Shown piece after piece: positions 44,419-53,577 of a stretch of 64,000 nucleotides of DNA. The stretch spans positions 104,418-168,417 of the forward strand of contig CAYQIS010000001.1 of NCBI GenBank assembly GCA_964417645.1. The letters are read 5' to 3'. The notes beneath the pieces were generated by a model, which was given only the letters and a program-made list of their open reading frames with translations, was not told the DNA's origin and did not search any database. Positions within the stretch are counted from its first letter, which is position 1; every line of letters begins with the position of its first letter. Origin of the DNA: an uncultured Spirochaetia bacterium (GTDB taxonomy: Bacteria; Oederibacteriota; PGYV01). Position numbers and translations under genes: made by a program.

Positions 44419-46827
44419 TTACTTTTTTTTGTATATTGTCACATCGCCTTTTGCATATACAACATCCATAAATTCCGCAAATTTTAAAAAATTCGCTTGA
44501 GGATATTTAATTCTTTCAAGCGGACCCACATAAACATATGTCACTCCGTATTGTTCAATCAATGCCTTTGCTTCCATTATGTTTGATGTATTATATATTG
44601 TGTCCACAACACCCTGTCTGCGTGCCGCTTCATCGCCCGTACCTCTCCATTGATATTCATGTCCGGGCCAGCCAATAACCGTCGGAAGCCCCGTAAAAGA
44701 AGTTATCCTTGCATAATCCGTATATTCTCCGCCCCATGCCTCAAGTATTACAGGATATCCCTTTACATTTTGATTAAGCCAATGTATTGCATCATAATCG
44801 TATGCGGCCGGCGCTTTACCCTCATAAACCCTGTTTCGAAGAAAATCAGAGCCGTCAAGCGTAAAGGAACTTCCATACTGGGTTTTTGTGATAAAAGCAT
44901 TTACGGTATAAAATAATCCGAGTATCATAAGGATAACCGCAACAGAAATCCATGTTATTTCAGCCCACAACGGTTTGTTTCGCAGGTAAAAAGTCCTTGT
45001 CCAGAAAAACCCGTATGCAGCGGCAATCGAAAGCATTATCCATGCCTGATAATAAAACTTAAATACCGTATTCATCCTTTCAAGTGGTTCGTGAGTTCCG
45101 GGTCTTGAAAAAGAATCAATTATATGAAATATATCGCAAACCCAAATCATAAGAAAAGCCGTAAATATAATAATAATTACAAACTGATTTTCTTTATGCT
45201 CGGATTTTGTGATGCCCATTACGGCAATATATGCAAGCGCCAAAAACATAAACGCGCCGAACAAACCTGTTCCCTTTCCGTCAAAAAGTGTCTTAAACAA
45301 AAACAGCGCTGTAGCCGCAACCAAAACCGCGGAAATAAAAAATATTAATTTTCGGTCTTTTATCAGCCCCGGATTGGAAATAAATTTAAAAAAAGATACG
45401 CTAAATGTATTCGATTTCTTAAGATTTATTTCTTCGCCCCCAAGCTTTAATTCCGCGCCTGATACCAGATAACCGCAGTTTCCGCAAATCACTTTTCCTT
45501 CCCTAATTTCTTTTCCGCATTTGGGACATATTTCTTTTACCTTTTTGATCTTAGCCGAAGACCCTAGTGCACCTGTCCAATTCAAAGTTCTTGTGATTAT
45601 AAAAGAAACGACCGGATAAAGAAGTATTCCAAAAATCACAAGGAAATCCGTTATTCTTGTGTTTGCCTTTACAAGTCCTATGCCCTTTGCCTGCGAACCG
45701 AAAAAAAGCGTAAAAGGCAGATACATAACAACCGCAACAGCAAGTATAAATGTGACAGCCAGGGCAAAATCAACAAGCCATTCATTAAATTTCTCAAATC
45801 TTGAATATTTATATGCGGCAATACAAAGAACCGTTACAAAAAAGTACGTGGGAAGATCCCAGCTGTTTAAAAACCAAAGACCCCCAAGCAGAAGTCCGGC
45901 AAAAAAAATCCTGATAATTTTATACGGATTTGCTTCAACAAGATTGTCCTCATCCGTTTTAAGAAACACAAATGCCGTATTTAACGCAAGAAGCACAAAA
46001 GGTATGGCCATTTGATGCGGATGAAGGTCCCCAAGAAGAAAAGAAAAATACGGGAACTCATTTATTGTAACATCATAACCGGGATGGTCTATTATTCTGC
46101 TGCTTGTCCACCAATTTAACTGGTCAGGAGGGACCCCTTTTAAAAACTGCAAAAAGCCGTCAATGTTTCCGATAATTAATAAGAATGCTATTCCTAAAAA
46201 CCCGGTAAAATATCTTTTTGTAAGATTATAAAGAATTCCAAATATTCCTGTGGCGGCAAGCGCAACAGTATAAGACAAAGCAAGGTTATATCCTATCGTA
46301 TTCATAACGCCGGTCAGTTTAAACATTATTGCCATCATAAGATATCCAAAATAATAATAACTTATATAAAGCCCTTCGCCATACATCCAAGGGTCATAAG
46401 GAGGCATTTTATCAGCCCTGGAAATCGAATTCATAAATGCAAAATCCATAAATTTTTCCGTTCCAACGATATCAGGCTGATACATCCTGAATCTTGCATA
46501 AATTACAAAAGCCGCAATGAAAATTATTTCCGCCATAAATATGAAAATTATATTGTTGGCAAAGAAATCCGATATCTCATCTTTATTTTTAACATAAGCC
46601 CATGCAGAAAGCGCCGATATTATCAGCATAACAATTATTACCGTAACAGTTGAAAAATGTATAAAACCCAGCAGCCATGAAAAATAAGATATCAAAAATA
46701 TTCCGGTTATCTTGGAAAAAATATAGCCCTTATCGTTGCTTTTTCTGAACAAAATAAAATTAACAGGAAAAGCAATTAAACCCAGTAAAACCGCAACAAA
46801 CCACCACTTTATGATGTCAATTCCCAA
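44419..46827 (-). CDS. DUF2298 / Chlor_Arch_YYY-family giant polytopic membrane protein with internal zinc ribbon
   Basis: 802 aa, more than 16 TM helices. …MPPYDPWMYGEGLYISYYYFGYLMM… carries the YYY motif of that family. An internal CPKCGKEIREGKVICGNCGYLV Cys4 ribbon. The C-terminal roughly 200 aa is soluble. Confidence 0.5.
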   Translation of the reverse strand: MGIDIIKWWFVAVLLGLIAFPVNFILFRKSNDKGYIFSKITGIFLISYFSWLLGFIHFSTVTVIIVMLIISALSAWAYVKNKDEISDFFANNIIFIFMAEIIFIAAFVIYARFRMYQPDIVGTEKFMDFAFMNSISRADKMPPYDPWMYGEGLYISYYYFGYLMMAIMFKLTGVMNTIGYNLALSYTVALAATGIFGILYNLTKRYFTGFLGIAFLLIIGNIDGFLQFLKGVPPDQLNWWTSSRIIDHPGYDVTINEFPYFSFLLGDLHPHQMAIPFVLLALNTAFVFLKTDEDNLVEANPYKIIRIFFAGLLLGGLWFLNSWDLPTYFFVTVLCIAAYKYSRFEKFNEWLVDFALAVTFILAVAVVMYLPFTLFFGSQAKGIGLVKANTRITDFLVIFGILLYPVVSFIITRTLNWTGALGSSAKIKKVKEICPKCGKEIREGKVICGNCGYLVSGAELKLGGEEINLKKSNTFSVSFFKFISNPGLIKDRKLIFFISAVLVAATALFLFKTLFDGKGTGLFGAFMFLALAYIAVMGITKSEHKENQFVIIIIFTAFLMIWVCDIFHIIDSFSRPGTHEPLERMNTVFKFYYQAWIMLSIAAAYGFFWTRTFYLRNKPLWAEITWISVAVILMILGLFYTVNAFITKTQYGSSFTLDGSDFLRNRVYEGKAPAAYDYDAIHWLNQNVKGYPVILEAWGGEYTDYARITSFTGLPTVIGWPGHEYQWRGTGDEAARRQGVVDTIYNTSNIMEAKALIEQYGVTYVYVGPLERIKYPQANFLKFAEFMDVVYAKGDVTIYKKK

Positions 46828-46873
46828 TTGCGACCTCCGGCAAAAAGCCCGTTAAAATAAAGATAAAAACTCA

Positions 46874-46901
46874 TTGACAATGCAAATGATTATACTTTAA
46901 T
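46874..46901 (+). promoter_or_regulatory. candidate sigma70 promoter upstream of the PASTA-rpe-ffh genes
   Basis: TTGACA (46874-46879), 16-nt spacer, TTTAAT (46896-46901), in a 217-nt AT-rich intergenic region. This would give a leader of about 140 nt. Confidence 0.3.
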
Positions 46902-47044
46902 AAAATACCCGTGTCAATACGGGCATTATAAAGCTTTTGCCGATATAAATTTTATAAAAAAATTACGTCATTATTTTTTTATTGTATATTGCCCTTTTGC
47001 GTGTTTTAATTATAATGTTTAAAATAAAATATTAAGGATTTGCT

Positions 47045-48016
47045 ATGGCTTATAACAAAACAACATTCATTATTAAACTGCTTTTTACAGGTTTAATGCT
47101 TGCAATATTTACGGCTTTATTTACTTTCAAGTTTGTGTCATCTTTCGGCACAATCAATATGCCTGATTTAACCGGAATGGACCAGGAAAAAGCAAAAGCC
47201 GTATGCGCCAAACTTAAAATAGAATTTAAAATCAGCGATACTGTATACAGCTCCATTTACGAATCGGGAAAGGTAATAAATCAATCAATAAAACCAAAAA
47301 TGCCCATTAAAAAAGGAAGAACCGTATATGTTACCGTCAGCAAAGGCTCAAAAATGGTTGTTGTGCCGGATATAAGAGGAACCCTTAAATCCAAAGCACT
47401 CTTAACCCTTAAAAACGCCGATTTAAGCTATGGGACCGAATGTTCCGTAAAATCTCAAATTTATCCCGAAAATGTAATAATAAGTCAGTGGCCCGCTCCC
47501 GGAACCGAAGTCCCTTTTGATTATCCGATTAATACGGTAAGAAGTATTGGCCGCGGCACTGATAATTATATAATGCCTGACTGGAAAGGCGCATCGGTTA
47601 ACGATATATATAAATCCTTAAGAAAAACCGGTCTTTATATAAGTAAATTGGAAGTAAAAAACGACCCTAATCTTGCATCAGGAACTGTAATTTCACAATC
47701 TCCTTCTCCCGGATATATTGTAAACAAGGATATTCCGATTATTCTTACGGTAAGCAAAATAGACACAGACCAAACTTTAAAGAAAAGATTAATCAGGATT
47801 ACTTATGCGGTTACTTCTCCGGATAATGTCCCAAAACTTGTAAAAATAAACCTTTTAAGCCTGAACGGAAGCGAGACAGTTTACAACAAAATGACATCTC
47901 CTTCGGAAAAGATCGATATAATGGCAGGTGTCAGGGGCGATGCTTACGCCCAAATTTTTGTAAACGGCATTCTGGAATCCGAACAGGAATATAAGAATTC
48001 CGTTTCGCGGGAATAA
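47045..48016 (+). CDS. membrane-anchored protein with three PASTA domains, no kinase or PBP domain
   Basis: N-terminal TM helix, then three units beginning …MPDLTGMDQEKAKAVCAKL…, …VPDIRGTLKSKALLTLKNADL…, …MPDWKGASVNDIYKSLRKTGL… (PASTA signature: x-P-D-h-x-G, beta3-alpha). A C-terminal domain of about 90 aa of unknown type. Confidence 0.6.
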   Translation: MAYNKTTFIIKLLFTGLMLAIFTALFTFKFVSSFGTINMPDLTGMDQEKAKAVCAKLKIEFKISDTVYSSIYESGKVINQSIKPKMPIKKGRTVYVTVSKGSKMVVVPDIRGTLKSKALLTLKNADLSYGTECSVKSQIYPENVIISQWPAPGTEVPFDYPINTVRSIGRGTDNYIMPDWKGASVNDIYKSLRKTGLYISKLEVKNDPNLASGTVISQSPSPGYIVNKDIPIILTVSKIDTDQTLKKRLIRITYAVTSPDNVPKLVKINLLSLNGSETVYNKMTSPSEKIDIMAGVRGDAYAQIFVNGILESEQEYKNSVSRE

Positions 48017-48020
48017 TTTT

Positions 48021-48668
48021 ATGTGGTCGCCTTCCATTCTTGATTCTGACTTTACAGATATCAAAAACACTCTGCTGTTTTTGGAAAATGAAAAAGCGGA
48101 TTTTGTACACCTTGACATAATGGACGGTAATTTTGTCCCTAACATAACTTTTGGCCCCAAAATAATTAAATGGTTCAGGCCCTGTACAAAATTGCCGTTC
48201 GATGCCCACCTTATGATAGAAAAACCGGAACGCTATATAGATAACTTTATTGAGGCCGGATGTGATTATATTACATTTCATACCGAGGCAACAAATAATA
48301 CCGAATCAATAATAGACCGCATAATTAAAGCCGGCAAGAAACCGGGATTAAGCATAAAACCCGGAACCGGCGTTGAAGCCGTAATTCCCTTCATTCATAA
48401 ATTATCAATGATTCTTGTTATGAGCGTTGAACCCGGGTTTGGTGGGCAAAAATTTATGGAAAATATGCTTGATAAAGTAAAAACTTTAAGGTCTATAATA
48501 GACAAAAACGCTCTGCCTTGTCTTATCGAAATAGACGGAGGTATTAATACAACAACCGCTCCACTTGCCCGCTCTGCCGGAGTTGACGTATTTGTGGCCG
48601 GCAATGCCATTTTCGGAGCGCCTGACAAAATAAAAGCATTTAATTTGCTTAAGGAGTCCGTAAAATAA
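48021..48668 (+). CDS. rpe: ribulose-phosphate 3-epimerase
   Basis: …SPSILDSDFTDI…HLDIMDGNFVPNITFGP…DAHLMIE…DGGIN… are Rpe TIM-barrel motifs. 215 aa. Confidence 0.9.
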   Translation: MWSPSILDSDFTDIKNTLLFLENEKADFVHLDIMDGNFVPNITFGPKIIKWFRPCTKLPFDAHLMIEKPERYIDNFIEAGCDYITFHTEATNNTESIIDRIIKAGKKPGLSIKPGTGVEAVIPFIHKLSMILVMSVEPGFGGQKFMENMLDKVKTLRSIIDKNALPCLIEIDGGINTTTAPLARSAGVDVFVAGNAIFGAPDKIKAFNLLKESVK

Positions 48669-50017
48669 TGTTTGATTCAATATCAAAAAAATTCGGCGAA
48701 ATAATACGCAAAATAAAAGGAACCGGCACAATAACACAGACAAACATTGAAGATGCTCTTAAACAAATACGTTTGTCTCTTCTGGAAGCCGATGTAAATT
48801 ATAAAGTTGTAAAAGAATTTACCGAGAAAGTCAGACAAAAAGCTCTCGGCGAATATGTCTTAAACTCTTTAACCCCCGATCAGCAGTTCATTAAAATCGT
48901 GCATGATGAACTGGTGGATTTTCTGGGCAGCAACGCTTCAACAATTGACATTTCCAAACGTCCTGTTCTTATTATGCTGTGCGGACTTCAGGGATCCGGC
49001 AAAACAACGACAGCCGCAAAACTGGCCAAATATTTTCTTGAAACACGCGGTTTAAAACGCGTGCTGCTGGTCGGCGCCGACACCTACAGGCCGGCCGCCA
49101 AAGAGCAGCTTGCAAAGCTTGCCTCACAAGTTAATTGTGATTATTTCACTTTACCGGTGAACGATGCGATAAAAATTGTTTCCGAGGCTTATGAAAAAAC
49201 CAAAGAAACGGTTTATGATTCCGTAATATTTGACACTGCCGGAAGACTGCACATAGACGAAGAAATGCTTGTCGAATTGAAAAAAATGAAATCCATCGTC
49301 CCTTTCCATGAAATACTGCTTGTTGCCGATTCCATGCTTGGCCAGGAATCGGTTAATGTTGCAAAAAGCTTTAACGAAGCTCTGGGTATAACAGGACTTA
49401 TACTTACAAAAACAGACGGGGATGCCAGAGGCGGTGCCGCTCTTTCAATGAAATACACCGCAAATGTACCGATTAAATTTACCGGGACCGGCGAAAAACT
49501 GGAAAGATTGGAGCCTTTCCACCCTGACAGAGCCGCAGGCAGAATACTTGGTATGGGAGACATAGTTACACTGGTTGAAAAAGTACAGCAGAACATAACA
49601 GAAGAAGAAGCAAGAAAAACCGAAGAAAAATTAAGAAAAGGAAGTTTTACCCTTAATGATTTTCTCGAGCAGATGAGAGCAATGAAAAAAATGGGGCCTC
49701 TGGAAGAAATATTAAAAATGCTTCCCGGAACGCCCAATATCGATATAGGAAGCATCAAAATTGATGAAAACGAAATAAAGAAAACCGAAGCCATAATACT
49801 TTCAATGACGCCAAAAGAAAGAAATCGCCCGGAAATCATAACCGAAAGCCGCAAGAAAAGAATTGCAAGAGGTTCAGGTACAACAGTTGACAAAGTAAGC
49901 AGACTGCTTAAGCAGTTTAATAACGCAAAAAAGATGATGAAAAAAATGGGCAAAGGAGGGAGACACTCTCAAAAATTATCTTTTGGAAATTTACAAAACC
50001 GATTTAAAGGGTTTTAA
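48668..50017 (+). CDS. ffh: signal recognition particle protein Ffh
   Basis: N domain, then G domain with GLQGSGKTTTAAKLA, DTAGR and TKTDGDARGG motifs, then a Met-rich M domain. 449 aa. Confidence 0.9.
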   Translation: MFDSISKKFGEIIRKIKGTGTITQTNIEDALKQIRLSLLEADVNYKVVKEFTEKVRQKALGEYVLNSLTPDQQFIKIVHDELVDFLGSNASTIDISKRPVLIMLCGLQGSGKTTTAAKLAKYFLETRGLKRVLLVGADTYRPAAKEQLAKLASQVNCDYFTLPVNDAIKIVSEAYEKTKETVYDSVIFDTAGRLHIDEEMLVELKKMKSIVPFHEILLVADSMLGQESVNVAKSFNEALGITGLILTKTDGDARGGAALSMKYTANVPIKFTGTGEKLERLEPFHPDRAAGRILGMGDIVTLVEKVQQNITEEEARKTEEKLRKGSFTLNDFLEQMRAMKKMGPLEEILKMLPGTPNIDIGSIKIDENEIKKTEAIILSMTPKERNRPEIITESRKKRIARGSGTTVDKVSRLLKQFNNAKKMMKKMGKGGRHSQKLSFGNLQNRFKGF

Positions 50018-50792
50018 AACCACATTCCGGTATGGCTCTTAACATCTCTTTAAGGTATTCGGTCTTCGGATCAAAAAATATATTCTGAACATCCCCTCTT
50101 TCACAAACAATCCCGTCTTTCATAACAATTACCGTTTGGGCGAAATTTCTCACAACACGGAGATCATGTGTAATAAAAATAAGGGAAAGTTTTTCCTTTT
50201 CATTTAAATTCTGCAAAAGTTTTATCACCTGTGCCTGAACGGAAACATCCAAAGAACTCACAGGCTCATCGGCAACCAGTATTTTCGGTTTCACAGACAA
50301 TGCCCTTGCAATTCCCACTCTTTGCCTTTGCCCGCCTGATAATTCATGGGGATATTTAACGGCAATTTCCGGATTTAAGCCCGTTTTTTTTATAAGCTCA
50401 TCCACATAGCAATCCAGAACGCTTTTTCCCATCTTAAAGTGCTTTGCTGCCGGTTCGGATAATGTTTGCCTTATTGTGTGCCTTGGATTAAGGGCATTAA
50501 AAGTGTCCTGAAAAACATATTGTATTTCACGCCTTGTAATTTCATTTTTATAATCAACAGGTGTCCCTTTATATAAAACAGTTCCCGAGTCCTGCTTTTC
50601 AATGCCGGAAATAATTCTGGCCGCCGTTGTTTTCCCCGATCCGCTTTCACCCACAACCGCAAGTATTTCCGAATCATTCAGGGATAAAGAAAAATCCTTC
50701 AGCGCCTGTTTTTCATATTTTTTACCCGTAATATGATTTTTCAAAATAAATTTCTTATTTAAATTTTCAGCAGCTAATATTTCTTTCATCAT
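50004..50792 (-). CDS. ABC transporter ATP-binding protein (OppF/DppF-like)
   Basis: Walker A GESGSGKTT, signature LSGGQRQRV, Walker B ILVADEPVSSLD. 262 aa. Confidence 0.8.
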   Translation of the reverse strand: MMKEILAAENLNKKFILKNHITGKKYEKQALKDFSLSLNDSEILAVVGESGSGKTTAARIISGIEKQDSGTVLYKGTPVDYKNEITRREIQYVFQDTFNALNPRHTIRQTLSEPAAKHFKMGKSVLDCYVDELIKKTGLNPEIAVKYPHELSGGQRQRVGIARALSVKPKILVADEPVSSLDVSVQAQVIKLLQNLNEKEKLSLIFITHDLRVVRNFAQTVIVMKDGIVCERGDVQNIFFDPKTEYLKEMLRAIPECGFKTL

Positions 50793-51745
50793 TTATCCGC
50801 CGGGTTAAAGCATTTATAAGAACCTTTTTCGTAATAAAACATTTCCGGTTTTTCTTTGTGACATATTTCCAAAGCCGCAGAACATCGATTGGCAAAAGAG
50901 CAGCAAGAAATTTTTTCCGGATTATCCGGAACTTCCCCCGGAATTACATTAAATTCCTTTTTGCTTCGGCTTATTACGGGTATCACATCAAACAAAGCTT
51001 TTGTATAGCGATGTTTCGGTTTTTCTCCCCGCATAAAACTTTCAACAACCTCGCCCGCATACATAATAATCATCCTCTCACAAAGCATTTCGGCGAAATG
51101 CAAATCATGGGTAACAAGAATCAATGTAAGATTATTTTGTTTTTGCAGCTTTTCCAGCATTAACGATATCTGCGCCTGAACAGTTGTGTCAAGAGCTGTT
51201 GTAGGCTCATCGGCAATCAATATTTCAGGATTCATACACAAAGCCAAAGCGGTCATTACTCTTTGCTGCATACCGCCCGAAAGCTGGTGAGGATATGATT
51301 CGTAGACTCTTTCAGTGTCTTTTATTCCGGTTTGTTGAAAATGATCGGTCGCAATTGAACGTATTTTCAAAGAAGAAGCTGATTTATCATGAGCATGTAC
51401 TGCCGCTTCAAAATGGTCCTTTATCCTGAAAAGCGGATTTAAAGAAGCTCCCGGGTCCTGAAATATCATTCCAAACTTTGTGCCGCGGGCATTTCTTAAA
51501 GTTTCCCTGTCGGCCGAATATATATCAATACCTGCAGTAATTACAGTTCCCCTTACAACGGCATTTTCATTTAAAAGTCCGGTAATTGCAAGAGCCAATG
51601 TTGATTTTCCGCACCCTGATTCGCCCACAATTGCCGCTTTTTCACCCTCAAAAAATGATAAATTTATATCCCTGACGGCATTTTTTACTGACCTGCGGGA
51701 TTTATAATCAACACTCAATCCATTAATTTTTATTATTTCATTCAT
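50789..51745 (-). CDS. ABC transporter ATP-binding protein (OppD/DppD-like) with Cys-rich C-terminal oligopeptide-ABC domain
   Basis: Walker A GESGCGKST, signature LSGGMQQRV, Walker B ILIADEPTTALD. The C-terminus …EKISCCSFANRCSAALEICHKEKPEM… is the typical Opp C-terminal domain. 318 aa. Confidence 0.8.
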   Translation of the reverse strand: MNEIIKINGLSVDYKSRRSVKNAVRDINLSFFEGEKAAIVGESGCGKSTLALAITGLLNENAVVRGTVITAGIDIYSADRETLRNARGTKFGMIFQDPGASLNPLFRIKDHFEAAVHAHDKSASSLKIRSIATDHFQQTGIKDTERVYESYPHQLSGGMQQRVMTALALCMNPEILIADEPTTALDTTVQAQISLMLEKLQKQNNLTLILVTHDLHFAEMLCERMIIMYAGEVVESFMRGEKPKHRYTKALFDVIPVISRSKKEFNVIPGEVPDNPEKISCCSFANRCSAALEICHKEKPEMFYYEKGSYKCFNPADK

Positions 51746-52541
51746 TTTTCATCCTGGGGTCAAGTAAATCTCTGATTCCCTCGCCCAAAAGATTAAATCC
51801 CAAAACCGCAAAAAATATAAATATTCCGGGAAACAGCACAAGCCACCATGCCGTATCAATATAATCTTTTCCTGAAGTTAACATGTTTCCCCAGCTTGGT
51901 TCCGGCGGCTGTACGCCAAGCCCCAGAAAAGACAGTCCTGATTCCGCCAATATGGCTCCTGATACCCCAAATGTTATGTAAACAAAAGCCGGAGAAATCG
52001 CATTGGGCATTATATGCTTTAACAATATATTTTTTTTCTCCAAACCAAGCACTGCCGCGGCCTCAATATAAGGAAGAGATTTTATCCTCATTACTTCAGC
52101 TCTGATTATTCTTGCTATGTCGGTCCATGAGGTTATTCCAATTATTACAATTATATTTACAATTGACGGCCCTAAAAATACAACAAGAATCAATATCAGA
52201 AACAAAACAGGAATTGTAAGCATTATATCCGTAAAACGCATAAGAATACCGTCTATCCTTCCTCCAAAATATCCTGATATCAATCCTATAATTATTCCAA
52301 GAATTGAAGCAATGGATACCGATGTAATTCCGACGCTCATCGAAACACCTGAAGCCTTTATTATTCTTGAAAAAACATCCCTGCCCAACTCATCAGTTCC
52401 CATAATATGCCCAAAAGAAGGAGGCTGAAGCCTGGAATATATTTCCTGTTCTTTATATCTGTCCGAAGAAATCAATGAAAGCAATGCCATTATCATTAAT
52501 AAGCCAATAATAATGCCGCCGGACAATATATTCTTATTCAT
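51738..52541 (-). CDS. ABC transporter permease (OppC/DppC-like)
   Basis: 6 TM helices with the binding-protein-dependent EAA-like loop (…IEAAAVLGLEKKNILLKHIMPNA…). 267 aa. Confidence 0.75.
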   Translation of the reverse strand: MNKNILSGGIIIGLLMIMALLSLISSDRYKEQEIYSRLQPPSFGHIMGTDELGRDVFSRIIKASGVSMSVGITSVSIASILGIIIGLISGYFGGRIDGILMRFTDIMLTIPVLFLILILVVFLGPSIVNIIVIIGITSWTDIARIIRAEVMRIKSLPYIEAAAVLGLEKKNILLKHIMPNAISPAFVYITFGVSGAILAESGLSFLGLGVQPPEPSWGNMLTSGKDYIDTAWWLVLFPGIFIFFAVLGFNLLGEGIRDLLDPRMKNE

Positions 52542-53505
52542 ATCTTACTCTCGGATCTATGATTGCATATGATATATCCGCCAAAAGATTGCCAAGAAGG
52601 GTAAGAACGGCCCCTATTGTGACAACTCCCATTATTACAGGGTAATCAAACCGCATGGCGGCATCATAAGCAAGTCTTCCCATGCCAGGCCAGGCAAAAA
52701 TTGTTTCAAAAATAAAACTCCCGCCTATTAAACCCGGCAATGACAATCCAAGAAGGGTAATAACAGGCATCATGGAATTTTTCAATGCAAATTTAAAGAT
52801 GATTTTATTTTCCTGTATACCCATGGCTCTTGCGCTTCTTATGTAATCTTTTGAAAGGGCTTCAATCATTCCGTTTTTTACATATCTTGACATATACGCA
52901 ATTCCGCCCGCCGATGTTACAATTACAGGCAAAATCATATGCGATATTATATCTTTAACTTTCTCAAAAAAATTCATATATTCATAATTAAAACTTGTCA
53001 TTCCGGATACCGGCAGCACTCTCAAAATTACTCCGAATATAAGCATAAGCATAAGCGCCAGCCAAAAAGAAGGAATTGAATATATAAAAAAAGAGGCCGC
53101 GGTTATCAGCTTGTCAGGTAGTTTTCCTTTGTAAACAGCGCAATAAACTCCGGATATTGTTCCTATTATAAAAACAAAAGAAAGCGAAGTTATATTAAGA
53201 AGCAAAGTGGCGGGCAGCCTTTCCAGAATAATATTAATTACCGGCCTTTGATCAATAAATGACTCTCCAAAATCAAAAAAAACCATTCTTTTCAGCCACT
53301 TAAAATATCTTATGTGTATCGGCTGATTTAATCCGTACAGCTCTTTCATTTTATTTGTTGAATCGGGTGACACCCTGGGATCCATCTGCATATTAACCGC
53401 AGTAAATCCTCCCGGAGTGATATGTATAACCGAAAAAGTTATTATTGTAATGCCCAAAAGCACAGGTATTGAGAAAATAATTCTTTTTAAAATATAATTT
53501 TTCAT
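52534..53505 (-). CDS. ABC transporter permease (OppB/DppB-like)
   Basis: 323 aa, 6 TM helices, with the …DYIRSARAMGIQENKIIFKFALKN… EAA loop. Confidence 0.75.
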   Translation of the reverse strand: MKNYILKRIIFSIPVLLGITIITFSVIHITPGGFTAVNMQMDPRVSPDSTNKMKELYGLNQPIHIRYFKWLKRMVFFDFGESFIDQRPVINIILERLPATLLLNITSLSFVFIIGTISGVYCAVYKGKLPDKLITAASFFIYSIPSFWLALMLMLIFGVILRVLPVSGMTSFNYEYMNFFEKVKDIISHMILPVIVTSAGGIAYMSRYVKNGMIEALSKDYIRSARAMGIQENKIIFKFALKNSMMPVITLLGLSLPGLIGGSFIFETIFAWPGMGRLAYDAAMRFDYPVIMGVVTIGAVLTLLGNLLADISYAIIDPRVRYE

Positions 53506-53577
53506 TTTAATTCAGAAAATAAAAAACCCGCCTTAGCCGCAAAAAGCCAAGGCGGGTTTTAAACATTTGCGCTTTAT

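Noticed and set aside
46903-46935. Hairpin cccgtgtcaatacggg in the DUF2298–PASTA intergenic region; considered as a terminator or small RNA
   Set aside because: The stem is only 5 bp and has no adjacent U-tract in either orientation. It lies upstream of both flanking genes' starts, not downstream of a stop. It may be a protein-binding palindrome, but that cannot be supported from sequence alone.
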